DNA of 64,000 nucleotides. Source: Callorhinchus milii. Lineage: Eukaryota. Both the position numbers and the translations under genes were made by a program. Shown here piece by piece: positions 26,901 through 41,436 of this stretch; position 1 is the stretch's first letter, and each line of letters starts with the position of its first letter. The notes under the pieces were generated by a model. That model searched no databases, was not told the origin of the DNA, and worked only from the letters and a program-made list of their open reading frames with translations. Where the stretch lies: positions 42,162,001 to 42,226,000 of the forward strand of contig NW_024704742.1 in assembly GCF_018977255.1 (NCBI RefSeq). The letters run 5' to 3'.

Positions 26901-27639
26901 TCTCTGTCAGTTTGCCTGGTTGCCTCTCTGTTGAAAGAGGGTGCAGGTGGACAGATCACCTTCCCAGCTTGTCTGTACGGCTGTCAGAACTCTACATATG
27001 AAAACAATTTGGCTTTCATGAGGGAGCGGTATAGAGAAAAGCTTTCCAGCTATTAGCTTAAAAAAACTCAATATTTTGGGCTTTTCCATTCAGCTCCTCC
27101 CCTCCCACACCCAATGGCTCAGTGGATAACTGCACCCCATTAATGTGGTGGTAATATATAGATCAAAAAGGCACAGAAACAGACCATTTACATTATCTAG
27201 TCCATGTCTGATATTGTACAGGTTCAATCTCTAGCCTGTATTAAGTTATCTGTCAGCTGTAGCTTTAGGAGGGGAGGAAGCTGATGTGCCGAGGTGATTC
27301 AAGGTCATTTCGATCTGGACACTGATCGTATGAATGAATAGCACTGATACAGCTGGAACGTAACTGTGAGACACGAGTTATCAACAAATGTACAACTTGT
27401 TCATACACTTCCTCCAGATTATTTCCTAGTTCTACTTAAGGGAATCTAGAATTGCAGGACAGTAATCTCATTATTTTTCTCCTTACTAAAAAGGAATTAT
27501 TGGTACTATATTTTCCATTTACAGTTTGCTGTATGGCAACTGAACCGGCATTCCTATTAAGTCCAGACATTATGAGTTACATAAATATTTCCATCATTTG
27601 ATTCTGATTTGGAATCCTCTCCCTCCCTCCTCTGCTCCT

Positions 27640-27885
27640 GAAAGTCTTTGACTTATTTTGACTTCCACTGGTGTACGGATCCTCTGGCATCTGCCTTCCT
27701 CCAGAACCTCACCCAAGTGATCACTATTCACGTTCAAGTCTTGGCAGTGATTGTTAGCTTTAACAGTTGAGTTTAGCTGATACTCCCTGAACCAGCCCTG
27801 CAGTCTTCTGGGATCTGTGCAGTGGTAGGATCAAAGGGGTCACTTGCCAGCTCAATAGCTGGAACGAGCACCTTCTGGTCGAAAC
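27640..27885 (-). mobile_element. AmnSINE2-like SINE fragment
   Basis: ctcacccaagtgatcactattcacgttcaagtcttggcagtga is the reverse complement of the family's 3' part. Confidence 0.5.
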
Positions 27886-30800
27886 CATTTTAACAAAATA
27901 AAAGGATATTCCTCACAGTGGTTATCAACTGGGACAATTTCAAGAGCGGAATGTTCCACAGTGTGATAATTATCACCCGTGATAGTTTTCACATACCGCA
28001 TTTTCACCCCTATATCGCAAGGTTATTTCCAGTAGTGTCACTGACTATGGTGGTATCAAATAATTAATAGTGCGAGGAGATACACAACAGGATAAGCTAC
28101 TGGTGGCTTGCGATGATTGATAATACTATCTGTTTGTAGGCTGTCAAAGTGTGAATTCCTTTCTTCCACCACCCTTACGTGCCAGTAATTATATATGTCA
28201 TTTTTCATCACTGTCAGAATATGGCAGGATATTAAGAAGGAGAAATTCAGATCAGAGTAAGAGTAAAACATTCACTTCTGTCCTGGCACAGAGTATCAGA
28301 AATGTCACAATAAGGTATGTTATTGAAAGAGAAAATATCTAGATGTATCTGTTCCACACAAGTATACTGTATGTATTTATGATTATACAAATGAAAGCAT
28401 ATGCAGTATTGTCATGGGGAGGAGAGATTATATGTTCTGTAAATGCTGTCAAACAGTAGAGAATTATTCCCAGACTATATTCTGCCCAATGGTAGAATTA
28501 GACATAAGCCACCTTGCTTCAATGTTGCATTATTATTATAATATATTTCTTATATGATATTTCTCTAAAACTCCTGCCACCAGTGACAGATCAATAAACT
28601 CCATTACTTCACTCCAATGCTATGTTTGCACAAATGTCAAGATTCACACATAAACTATCGCATAAAATCACTTGAATGAGGTATTAGAGGATTTCTGATG
28701 CCCATGGAATTGTGCCATAATAGAAGCAAAAAGAGAGTCAAACATCTTCAAGAGTCGTATTCATACTTCGCAATAATCATCTGTGAGCATTTTGAAACAT
28801 TTTGAGATGACAAAGTACTTTAAAAATGCCAGTTCTTTTCATGAACGTAAGTAGTTAGGTGTCAACCTGGCTCAGTGTGTAGAACATTCTCCTCTCCAGA
28901 TAAAATTGTACGTTCACTTCATTACTGTGAACATTCGCCCACGAAATGCACAGTCAATTCACTTTACAGTTTATTCTGTGAAGCGCTTTGAGACATTTCA
29001 ATGACATGATAAGGCACTATATCAAATGCACAGATTTTTTTTATAACATTGCTGAGCACAAACTACCTGTTGCATTTTCCTACAACTATACATCAGTACA
29101 CTTTACAGAAACTTGTGAAGTGCTTTGATCTAGATGAGCTATCAACATCATAAACACAATATGAAATGCAAGAATTGTTATTACAAGCTATGTAGTGCTA
29201 TAGAATCATAGAAAGTTTACATCACATTCAGCAATTGTGTCTGTCCTGGAAATATGTGCTCTGATCCCATCCAATTCCCTTTTATATGTTGATATGGACT
29301 TTAACAGACTTTTGGGGCAAACATTCCACACTAACTGCCATCTGTGTAAAAACAAATATAGTTTCCTCTAGTGTTAATCCTCAATGTAAGCACTTGAAAC
29401 TGGCTTGCTCATCAGCACTGTCAGGTTACAGTGCTGTAGTCACAAAGGCTAAACTTTCAGTTGGTCCTTAAATCTTACCCTGTTACCCTCAGCTCACTCA
29501 CTGTTAAGTGACTTTCTCAAAGCACAGATTGCAGCAACCAGGTGATTGCTTTATACTGCAAGTCAAGTCATCCAAGGCAGCATCTGCCTTGAGAAAGAAG
29601 AGCTTTGGGCAGCAGTTGTCTTGCAGGTCACATTCCTGGCCTGATCTAACATACGACTCGCTCGAGGATGCTCTCAGCCTCCCAGTAATCAATAGGGCAT
29701 TATTTATATTAATATTTTCCAGATTAATTAGAATAGCTACATTGAAACAGTGTTGATTAGGAAAAGCAGAGTAGAGGTTACCGTATGGAAATATCTTTAT
29801 CCCATCCGATTTATCTCTTTGCCGCAAAGTAGGAGTGTTACACTAAGGCTGTTTGAGTCCACAATTGTTCTAAATTGGCATCTTCCCTTGAGTAGCTAGC
29901 TGAGCATTTGGCCAATGCTCCCTTTCCCACTGTGCTATCTGTGCACCAATTTCAGAACCCCTTATTATTTTGCTGTAGACGCCTTTACCATTTATTTTGA
30001 GGAGCTTAGCTTAGTAAAGGTATTTATGAAAAGGGTCGATAGCAGCGGAGATTTATAGTTGCGTCATTCTGAGTTCAGGGAGCGTTGCCTTGGAGGAAAA
30101 TAAAATTACCAGTAATTAAATTTATAAGCAGGGTGCCATCTACACAAGATTTATTACTACCGAGTTCAAAGGACAATGAGGCAGTGTTGGTAGCCTATGC
30201 ATCCTCAGTGATACTCGATGCAAGTATTGTGAGAATCTCCATTCCCGGAGGGTTGAACTGACAAGAACACAATAAGATTCTTCTTGAAAATCTATAATTT
30301 CAGGGATTGCTTTTCTATTACCTGCACTCAAGATAGGGTATAGAGAAGCCACAAGGCAACTCTGCACATTTCGATCAATTCTGTTCCAATACAGCGTGTT
30401 AGCACTTCACTGCTTTGCCACGTACAGTAGCACATCCTTTGATCTAGCTTATTGTTAATGACTGCCTCTCTGCTGGAGAAATATTCTCAAATCCTTCCCG
30501 ATAACACACTTCCTTTTGTATAGCCCTCAAAGAACATGTGAGAGAGGATCTAAAATGTGTTGTGATATCAAAAATGATTTCTTAAGATTCTTGATCTGGT
30601 CTATGAATGCAGCATCAACAATAAATTGGATTTATATAGTGTCTTTCATGTCGGGAGGATGTCCCAAGGCGCTGGGGCATGGTGTAAAGAAGAGTCACCT
30701 TGTGAAAAGGCAGATTTTTAAAAGGCAGGAATAAAATGTTAATTGACGGAATGGTATGGGAGCGCACTCCCTTAGGACTGGAGCTGCCTCCAAATGCTTT

Positions 30801-31962
30801 CACAGTTAGGAGAGACTCCCTTGTTAGAATGCAATGTCTGTGCATGATGATCATATTAACAAGCGCAGAGCCCCTGAGTCACGTGGTGTTTGCCTAAGGA
30901 GGAGCAAGGCAGCCATGACCCAGCCATCACTGCTGCAGCAACCCACAATTTCTCTGATAACAAGTACAAGGTAGATACTTAACAAGGGAACAAAGGGGAG
31001 CATCTTGGAGCATTGCACAGTGATGGGGAGAAAGGGGAAGGGAAGGTGATCGTAGGCATTTTATGTTGAAAGGGAGCATGCAAAAACTGGTTATAGTGAA
31101 TTGGATACAACGCTAAAACTACATTACATTTAGCTATTGTTTTTCCTCAGCTGCAAAAACACCTGTGCTTTACAGAATGGAACCATATATGTTCCGAATT
31201 CTCTGAAGCTGCCATACCTTAATTATATCTAGTGCTTTAGTGACCTACTGAATGCAAAGCCTTGTTATTGCAGTCAACAGTAGTAATGGAAAAGTAGTAA
31301 TAATTTATTGGCAATAGGATGACATTCACTTAGGATACTGGAAAATAACTTCAGTGTTTGTTTCATGAATGCAAAATGATATGCATGGAAAAAAGACACT
31401 TAAGTTTATTTGAGATTCACTTGGCACAGACCAAATAAGGAAACTGAATGCAAACCAGTGACCAGACTTCATTGGACTTCCCCATAGCTCGAATGATGAA
31501 ACAATAGAAAATGTCAGAGAAACCAGCCAGTGTCTCTCCAAATACTTGTGTGATGCTTGTTTGGAAGGCATTGCCTGAAAGGTCAATCAAACAGGACACT
31601 CATTGGATTTTTAATGATTAGGCAGAATTCATAATGAGAGTTCAAAGAATGGGGCTGGTGCCTCTCAGGCAGGTCTGTCATTCAGCAGAACAATGAGAGA
31701 GGTCCAGTCTGGAGTCATAATTCCAACAGGACACTCGATTCTGTACTGGAGTCACATTCCAAACACTTGTTGCCATTGTACAAATAGCAAAGTCCAATCT
31801 TTTTGGGAACCCAAGACGCTCCATGTAACCAGGCAATCGTCATCTCTTCACATTGCCTGAATATAAAGCTGCCTTTTGACAGTACCGTTCTGTCAGTGGC
31901 TTCTTCCTGTGTAGCCAGTGTAGACCGTGTTGTACTGCACTTTAGGTGTAAGGTAGTGGGGG

Positions 31963-32264
31963 ATAATAATAATAATCCTTGCATTTGATATTGCGCTTTT
32001 CACGTCTTCTCAACGTCTCAAAGCACTTCACAGAATAGACTGTAAAGTGAATTGACCGTATATTTGTGGGCGAAACCTGGCAGCCAATTGTGCACAGCAG
32101 CGTCCCACAAACAGTCGCAGATTGAAAATGACCAATTTTTTTTGAGGGATTATTATTAGGCGTGTGGAATAAGGAAACTTGCCCAAGTTTTCGCCCTACC
32201 TGGAATTGAACCCAGGTGTCTTGGTTGCAAGGTGAGTGCTCTAACCACTGAGTTACAGGACTTC
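31963..32264 (-). mobile_element. tRNA-Ala-derived SINE
   Basis: Reverse complement of the same family; (AAT)n at the left end and the head at the right end. Confidence 0.93.
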
Positions 32265-32564
32265 ACTTATGCATTACTCCATGACTTGATAAATTTATGG
32301 ATCTTGGCATTTGAGAATGTTTTCGTTAAAATTCACATGGCCAGACTCCATAGACCTTCAGAGGCAACTCTACTGAATATATATGCATTGTATTATATCA
32401 ACAAACATAACACTGATCTCTTTTAGCTAACCCATTGAAGGTGTTCCAGTATACTGAAGTTTGGGGCAAATTAACTGTACACTACTATAGGAATGCACTG
32501 AGCCTTGACTGTCATTATTAGCATTGGCCTCATTCAATCAAAGATTTCTTTGTCCCACCACAAT

Positions 32565-32925
32565 AACCAGTGGGCAAATATGCTGTGGTATCGAGCCAAC
32601 CAGGTGGGTTTAATGCCCAGTCTGTGCTGAGTTAGATGATTTCAGCCAGCAGTGGAGTGCTACTATCAGCCTTGGTTCCAAGAGGAAGAAAATCAGCAAG
32701 CGTTCCCACTGCTGATCACCATCAGTGATCCCTGCCAGAAAGTGCATGAGTATGGATGTCAAGTTAGAACAGGATTAGGCTTGGCTGAAATGCCTCCACA
32801 GTCACCCAGTCGGCCGAGACTACTTGTGTAGACATCCAAATGAAGAATGGCATTTGGCTGAGATAGGTACCAGAGGGTGACCAGCACTTGTAGAGAAGTA
32901 CACCACCAGGCGCCTGTGCCTTCAA
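32565..32925 (+). mobile_element. AmnSINE2-like ancient SINE
   Basis: gtctgtgctgagttagatgatttcagcc...aaaatcagc...ctgatcacc...aggattaggcttggctg...atgaagaatggc. The family name comes from my memory of the consensus, not from a search. Confidence 0.65.
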
Positions 32926-33892
32926 GTGAACATATATATGGGGGGACGGGGGGACGAGGGCAGGGCGGGGGGAGAGGGGTGGGGGTGGAGAGAGGAGTCA
33001 GGAGTTAGAACAAAACACATGCTACCTTTTGTTGCAAGTATAGCATGAAGGTTACACTAGATATTTTGTGCTTCAGAGCAAAGTGTCATATTCACATGAA
33101 GTGAATTTGCTTCTAAACCTACTCAATTGCTTTGTGACAATCTTTTATGTGAATTGTGTAACATAAAGGCATGTTGACAGACATGAAATGAAAAGCTTTA
33201 TCAGAAATAGGGATTGGATTCATTTCCTTTGTTGAACGGAAGCGTGGATCCTGTAAAAACATTTTGTCCCTGTGACCATGCTTCAGCGTGAAAAGGGTTA
33301 AATCCTTTTACCTTGAGCTATTGTAACAATGACTGGGTCTTATTTCATTTGATGGTGTTGGATTTATTGTCGGGGCCACTGCAGTCATATTCCATTTTAC
33401 AGATTACTTAAAGTGCATTGAAAATTGAATAAGAGCATAGAGGTCCCATCTCCCTCTATACGTTCATCGCAGCAAAACTGCACAGCAAACCAGACTTTTA
33501 CTGCGGCAAATCATAAATATGAGTGTTCCACGTAATAAAATCACAAATGCAAACTTGTAGCTTACTATTATTTTGCAAAGGTGCTAAAGGCTCGCACTGC
33601 CATTTCTCAGTCTTTTCCTTTTGGGCCAGATGATCCATGTACATGCCAATATAATAAATTTCATGTTTTGCGACAGGACTGCAGAAACATGCGCATATTT
33701 AGCGAGAGTAAGGCCGTGCTGTTATTGATGCGGTGCAAATAAAGAAGTCCGGGAAGAAAGTGAAGAGTCTAAAGTGTTTTAACTGCATTGCATTGCCTCC
33801 TGTATATGCTCAAGTGTTGTGTTGTCAGACTTCAGCAATTGCTGGATGAGACACTAATAAATCTGATCTTTTGTTTCCTTCTCTTACTGTAG

Positions 33893-33964
33893 TGATCTGA
33901 GTGAAAACCATATCCACGCTATTCCAAGGAAGGCTTTCCGTGGAGCTGTTGACATTAAAAACCT
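33893..33964 (+). CDS. slit2: Slit2 coding exon (equivalent to human exon 5), one LRR of domain D1: [24 protein letters not shown]
   Basis: Polypyrimidine tract plus AG at 33891-33892 and GTGAGT donor at 33965. The exon is 72 nt, phase 2-2. GAVDIKNL matches Slit2 as I recall it rather than Slit1 or Slit3. Confidence 0.96.
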
Positions 33965-36900
33965 GTGAGTATCTTTATGGCGATTATTTGTTGCTCCAGA
34001 AATGAAAACCATGTAGTTACAACTGGCAAACCTGAATTCAAACGTTCCTCCTTTTATGGCCCCATACTGCATATGTATGTGATAGCGTGCAGAAATGGCA
34101 TTAACACATAGCCCCATTTTATATCTGGGCTTAATGTCTGTTGTGTGCATAGTCAGTTGCTAAGTTTGCTTGTGTAAATAAGCTTGTTGCTGATTAGCAC
34201 TTCTTTTCCAATGCATCTGCATTTTGTTTGGTCAGCCAAGAGTCTGACATCAGTGGAAACCCATCACCATGCTTAAGAGACTTCAAATGGAATGATTAAG
34301 AATTCTACATGTGAGATATTTACTATTCAGCAAATGCCAAGGTTACCAATGGAGTGTTCAGAGTCCTTCCAATGTGGTATAAAAGGAGCGAAGTGAATTA
34401 GGATCTGGGATCTGCAGTGTGGGATCTACTCAGGCTGGGCTAACCTACCGTCACCAAAGTACAATACAGTTCCATTACGTGCAGTTGCCTTTTCCCAGAG
34501 TTGTTATTTAGGCACAGGTTGGGAAAAGTCAAGGCTTCAGGCCTCCAGAGAGTATATTATTCTGCCCACCCGCCTCTCCCCCCGCCGCCATTTACAAGTC
34601 GATGTAATATTTCCTATGTAGTAGCAAAACAACCTTTGAGATGTGATGCAAAATGGGGGATGGGAAAATTTGACCAAAATGTCTCCATATAATAAATAAT
34701 CTCTACATTTGCCATTTCACGCCAGGAGGATTTCTCAAAGCTCTTCACAGCATATACTGTAGAGTGGAGTGACTATGCATTTTGGGGGCAACAATATTTT
34801 TGTGGGAAAAGATAATCTGGGAAATGCAGTGTGGCCAATTCCTTAGTACTGTTAATTCTTTTGCAAGAAAGATAGTGTCAGTAGTACCGTATGTATTTGT
34901 TCTGTTTTCTGCTCCCTTTTCTCCAGATAATTTTCTTGAAGCCTACGGCTTGGACTGTGTTCATAATGTGGTGACATTTTCTAGTTGCTGTTTTTACTGT
35001 GTTTCATTATTAGTTTATATATCCATTGTGCCTAGTTTTGGATTTCAGTCCATGATCTAACTTTCTGTGATACCTGGAGAGCACATTATTGAAAGAACTG
35101 GTGTTAGCTAAAACAGAACAGATGAATACTTTAAGCCTTTCTGATATTTTGTTAGAGTAGTACAGTATTGAATTCCTGCTGTGGAAAACTGTAATGGCTC
35201 TTCCATGTTAAAGCTTTTGTAGCTTGAGGCATTCTAGTTTCACATTCATCCTTTTCTCCTAGGCTCATTGAATGAGATTGAAAAATATCTTCCCTGTCAA
35301 TAGCCTCGTCCCATAACTTCACTGAAGATTTTTCCAATAGCATTCTATTGCTGTCTCGGAACAATGAGGGAGTTTAGGATGTGTGGCATTTTTGTCACAG
35401 AATTTATTTTTCCTTTTGACTGAACAAAGATCCCTGATTTTCAGCACCAGTCTATCCATGTTTAAAGTTTTCAGGCTTTAAACTGTTGCACTGTCAACAC
35501 CTGGTCTTGACCTCCCACATGTCACACACCATCTGTTCTGTATAATTCAGCAGACGGAGTTTTTTTTAAATGGATGGTCCAATTGTTAAACCAACAGCTT
35601 GACTACAGCGAGCTAGCTATTTGGAAATCTTTATCTTCCCATTTGACCTTCCGGTCGTGAACATTTACGTTTTCACACCACCTCCTTCCATTCTTACTGT
35701 CGGGGGGCGTTCAAATGTAGGGTGGGAAATGAGGGCTGCTGTTCCCGGTTAAAAATTGAGCAATTCAGCACAGAGTCACAATGGGTCATGAGTTTAAACA
35801 TGACCTACGTTGAGAACAGTGCCGATTTAAAAGAAGGCACAGCAAATGTCAAAAGATTTCCTCACCCTCACCTTTCAGGCAGTGATACCAGCATCACTCT
35901 GTCTCCACTTTCCCATCGTTTCCCATAAATCATTTTCATTCACGGGTGGGCATTCTGTATTCTTCATCACTCACACGTCAAGGGAGTGAGAGCAGCAGAA
36001 TAAAATAAATTCAATGCGATAAAGTTAAGGTAGAAATGATCCAAAAAGGAAGGCAAGCTTTTTAAAAAAAAATTAGGGACGGGGGAGAAAAACATTAAGA
36101 GAATTATATTTTTGTTTTTAAATCTAAACATTTTCCCAATAGCTTCACCCTCCACCATAGCACCTACGTAGTGGAGATGATTTAAGAGCATAGCCAGAGC
36201 TGTGTCAGCACTGATTTATACATTGACAGCTCAGGAAAATGAGATATAGACCAACATGCAATTCACCCTTTTCCAAATTAACCTGCAGACCGCATTAGGC
36301 AAATTTGATGGTATTACGAGATTTTCCAATTTGTCAAGTAACAATTTCTCTTTTATGTTGTGTCAGGAGTACAGTTTGTGCCGTTGTCGTAATTTAAATT
36401 ACTTTGATAAATTGAGCGTGAGGTTAAAGAATAATGTTATAGATAAATCTTATGACATCAAATATATAAAAGCTATTAACTAAATTATTAATAAAATAGC
36501 CTTGTTAAAAAATTAAGTATAATGAAATTAGAAACTGTGGCTACAAGCCTCTGAGACAAACTACAAGCATGCAGCACTAAAGAATATCTTCAGCAGAGAG
36601 TGGGAGAATCTGAATCAACATAACCCTTGTTGTTGGCTAGTACTGCTGAGGAAGTGCTTCAAGGTTATTTGAAACAACAAGCCCAGCCCAATAGTGCTGG
36701 CAGTGGAGAACAGCCATTTGGTTGTAATCGTCTGAAAACTGATGGCAATTCACTTTGTGCGTTCGTAAGTGGAAAGTTACATCAAAGGGGCCCGCCCTCC
36801 CCTTCCATTAGTCAGCAAAATAACTGGCAAACGGCCTTACGCACCAACATTCGACAGTTTTTAGCCAATTTGTTTCCCAGAAACATTACCAGATGCTACT

Positions 36901-38699
36901 CAGGAGCTGTCTTTATCGCCCTTGCTGAAAGACTTGAAGGTATGTAAGTGACAGAATAGTGGTGGACTGCTTTTTTCAGCTGCTTTACAGAAATCCAGGA
37001 GAATTATGTTGAATGTTGATAAGTAAATCAGGGACTAAAATGTGTTTAATTTCTGGTCTGCCAGCTAGTCCTAGTGGTACTGGGTGTTTTGGGACACCCC
37101 TGTTCCATCATGACTTTGACGATAACATCTGGAAGGGTACTTGTCAGGAAGTCAATGCAGTCTTACAGAGAAAGAAGTTAATCCAGGAGACTGGAGGTGG
37201 GATAGACAAATTAAGTGCATGAAGATGGGTGCACAGAACCAGGTTAACAGGGATGATTGGAGGAGACGATCTTGTCAGGAAGAAGTTAGTGAGCAATAAT
37301 TGATAGGCCTATTTTCTGAAAGATGTCAGTATTGTGGGCGCATAGTCTGAGCAGCAGATTTACAGTTTCACGGACCAGGTATTGAGACAGGATCAGCTGT
37401 TTCCATCTGTTACATGCATGGTGACCCCTGCTGAGGTTTGAAATTGCACCTAATCGTAACCTTTTTAAGGCTAATTTATCTCAAAATTTTAGATTGTGCA
37501 AAAATTATGTAAATTTCTTAAAAACCTTATCTTAACTCGGAAAACTTATTTTAAGAATTGTTAAAAACAGGGTCTTAAGAAGATGAAGACTTCAATTCTG
37601 CACTTTGATTCTACACTTAGATTTTAAGACAAAATGGTCAAACAGGTGGAATTCTGAGTCTCTGGTGTCCAATAAAACTGAAACTAAGCAGGTTCAAGTC
37701 TTGTGTGATCTTTGTATAGCAGGTCCTAGCTAACTCCTGGCAGTGCGGGATTTAAGACCTCTCTCCTTATCCTTCCTTAATCTCATGGTTATTGAGCCCA
37801 TACCTGCGCTGAATCAGGAGTTGAGTGGATCATGGAACAATGCCTTTGCTTGGCATTTCTTCTTCCTACTTTGATTCTGTGCAGATAGTAGAAATAGAAT
37901 GAAAGAAGAGCCAGGCAGCGAGTGTGAGGCAGTGAAGGTACTTAGTTTGAATCTGTGTAAATAGCAGCATCTGGAAGCTTCCGATATTACTTTCTGAACC
38001 GAATGGCAATTTCCATATCAGCAAGTCACTAAACAGCACAGCAGCACACTTATCGGGGAGTGACTCGATTTGAAGGCTTAATAATGAAATCGAAGTGAAT
38101 CTTCACAGTCCTGCATATCGTTTCCATGGTTTCTGGTTAAATTATATCCGTCCACAGAAAAACAAATCTTCCATCGGAGTTTGAGAGAAACTTCTGTAAA
38201 TATCTTTGCAGACTCAAAGGGAGCTTAGTAACTGGGAACTTTAGTACGTTTGCTCTCGAGTCAGTTTGCTCTGCAGTGAGGCTGACATTGATCATGCAGC
38301 CCCTGTGACCTGGACCACTTTGTCCACCAAGCTGGAGGCAGCTGCATGGAAATGAGAGGCTGCCCCGGTGGGCTTTGAGGGTAAAAGTCACATCCAATTG
38401 ATCAGCTCAGCTTATTTTAGCTGTCCCTCTCCTCTCCCACCCCTCTCCCTCCCACCACCATCCCCCCCAACTTAAATAGCAAATCAATTTCATTTTAGAT
38501 GCTTAGCCCCTTTTTATACTGGTACCGGGAGCTTTTCACTTCTGAGCTTCAGAAGGGAAATGATTGAACTAATGTGAAGCTATCTCACTGTGTGCTGTAG
38601 TGTAAACCCCAGTGAATTGGTTTCACTGGACTATGCCAAAGCTGAGCTCCCTGTATCGTAGTCATTAACCACAAGCCTTTTTGTTACTAAAGCCCTTTC

Positions 38700-38910
38700 A
38701 TTGTTTCTCCTGGTGTCCTGGCCAACAATTCCCAAATAAAATTGCTCATTCACTTTATGGCTGTTTGTAGTATATTGCTGTGCGCAAATTGGCTGCCGCT
38801 GTCACCCACAAGATACGCAATCACTTCACTTTACAGTAAATTCTGTGAAGTGCTTTGAGATGTTCTCCCAACATGAGAGGGGGTATATCAAATTAAAGGA
38901 TTGTTATTAT
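38700..38910 (+). mobile_element. Deu-domain SINE 3' half with tail
   Basis: ggtgtcctggccaacaattcc...gctgtgcgcaaattggctgcc...gtgaagtgctttgaga. Confidence 0.7.
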
Positions 38911-39409
38911 TGGACATTGTGAGAAACTCCCTTCTAAATTTGAATAGTACCACAAGATCTTTAATGTCCACCAGATTAGGCAGGTGGGACCTCAATTTAG
39001 CATCTAATTGAGATCTATTGATGTAAAATTGCTAAATTTGGATTTTGTTGTGAATTTCAGTAGTTTACTGCATCATCTTCTTGTGAATCAATCTTTAAGC
39101 AAAGGTGAGATTAGCCGAAGACAGCTCAATTCAGCTCCTTGTAATATGTGGACGTAATTTGTGTTCTCAGTACAGTAATGCAGTGAAGTTCTGCTACTAT
39201 CTATAATTTGCTATATGAATGCCACATTGTCATCAAACATCAAAATATTGTAAGCAAATGCAGCCAATTTGAAATGTCAAATGATGTCATTAGACACGAT
39301 TTTTGGAGTAAAATTCTTTTAGAAGATGTTGACTCATTTTCCATAAAAGAGCTTTTGCATGAATATCGACATAATCACTATTTTCCTTCATGGGTAAATG
39401 CAATATCCA

Positions 39410-39670
39410 CTGTGGTAGCTGAGCTGGGCAAACTGGGAAAATACCAGGTTGAATCTGCAGTCTGTGCTGGGTTAGCTGATCTGAGCTGGAGTAGCAGTAA
39501 GCAGCTACACATAACCTCAACACCTCTGGCTGAGGGATGAAAAAAATCAGTCAGCATTCCTGTTTTCTATCCATTGACTCCTGCTTGATGGTTCACACAT
39601 CTGGGTGTTTGGTGACAATACACCAGGCTCGGCTGTGATGCCTACTAGCACTATCAAGGCTTGCTCATAA
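39410..39670 (+). mobile_element. AmnSINE2-like SINE
   Basis: gtctgtgctgggttagctgatctgagctgg...aaaatcagtcag...ggctcggctgtgatgcc. Confidence 0.65.
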
Positions 39671-39854
39671 GCCTCTTCTTAGTTGAGAGATCTAGGGGAA
39701 GGGCCAAGGTCCTCCAAGGCAGGACACCACCAAGGAAAGAATACGTAGGAGATAAAGCAAGATAATTACGAAATGGTTAGATAATGGCAAACTTGGGTTT
39801 AATAGTTTGTAGCTAGGAGGAGAAGGAAGGCTGAGGGAGTCCCGACATCACCAT

Positions 39855-41436
39855 CACTGATAAAGCCATCTCAGATCATCATTTCATCTCCTCAATCCCT
39901 CTTCCCACCGCCACCCAACTCATCTCCATGTTCTACCAGCCCTGGAAAATAATCTCCCCACACTCCCTCTCTGCTGCCCTGGAGTTGTCTGAACTCCTCT
40001 CCCTCTGGCCTACCTCCCGCACCGACTTATCCTCCTCGGTCACTCTCCTCCAAATCTCCCTCTCCACCATTCTCAATGCCCTTGCCCCCCTCACTTCCTG
40101 AACCACCACCTCCTCATGCAACTCACCGTGATACACCAGTCACCTCCGCTCACTCATGGTCTGGTGCATTCCGCTGAACCCACCTGGCTTAAATCTGATT
40201 TAATAGTCCACCGGCAGATCTGGCTGCATCACATAAAAACTTACCGCTCCTCCTTTGCCTCCACTAAATCAGCCTTCTATTCCAAGATAATCTAAGAGGC
40301 CAAGGACAACCACAGGCTCTACTTCTCAATTACCAACCGGCTCCTCCGTCCACTCTCTCATGCCACGCCCATCCTCTCCTCCAATTCCAACTATGCGGAG
40401 ATGCTGGACTTCCTCGAGACCAAAATCGAGGGGATCTGTTTAGCTGCCTCAGCCCTCCCAACTGCCAACCCCTCTCCATCTCTCCCTCACACTCAAGGCC
40501 TTACCCATCCCTCCCTCCACACCTATGAACCTGTCTCCCACTCCTCTCTCACCACCACTATAACCCGCATGAAGCCCACCACCTGCTCCCTCGACCCCAT
40601 CCCTACCTCTCTCCTTACCTCCCAGCTCCACCTCTTCGCCCGTTTACTCTCAGACCTTGTAAACTTCTCCCTGTCAACTGGCACCATTCCCACCCCCCTA
40701 AAAACAGCTGTCATCACCCCATCATAAAAGAATCTTCACTGGACCCATCCCTGCTTACAAACTACTACCCCATCTCCGACCTCCCTTTCCTTTCCAAGGT
40801 CCTTGAAAGAGTTGTTGCTTCCCAGCTTCATTCGCAGACATGGGGTCAACTTCCATATGTATGCGTCTGACACCCAACTCGATCTCCCTTCCTCCACCCT
40901 CGACTCCAGGACCACTGCTGTCCTGTCAGACATCAACTCTTGGATGAGAGCCAACTCTCTACAGTAGAACGTCTCCTGATTGGCTTGCGCAAGTGCCTCT
41001 GCACCTCAGGCACTGCCAGCATCAGCATCCACAGTTGCAAACCCCACCTCACCAAGCCAGTCAGGAACCTAGGCGATTGTTCGACCCTCAACTGCCCTTT
41101 CTCCCCCACATCCGTGCCATGACTAGCTCTGCCTTTCCCCACCTTCACAACATTGCCTGACTCCCCCACTGCCTCACCCCTCAGGCCGCTGAAACTCTCA
41201 TAAATGCCTTCATTACACCTAGGCTCGACTATGCCAACGTCCAGCTTGTAGGGCTTCCCAATTCTTCCCTCCACAAACTGTAGACGAGGACAAATCCTCG
41301 TCATTACCCTGAAGGCCTCCATGGCCTGGCCCCTCCTGCCTCTTGGGTTCTAATCCCATCCCTGACTGTTCAGCGCCTTGAGACGTCCTCCCGACGTGAA
41401 AGACGCTTCACAAATGTAATTTTGTATTGTATTGTA
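39855..41436 (+). mobile_element. Degenerate L2-clade LINE ORF2 with internal deletions and 3' tail
   Basis: C-rich strand with remnants TTCSLDPIPT, LKTAVITP, LPFLSKVLE and HMYASDTQL; frameshifts and stops; tail gagacgtcctcccgacgtgaaagacgct followed by (TGTAT)n. Confidence 0.9.

Noticed and set aside
1..33892. Additional slit2 exons or a nested gene in the first 34 kb
   Set aside because: I found no LRR-coding segment with splice sites, and the ORFs are short with no recognisable domains. Small or non-coding exons cannot be excluded by eye.
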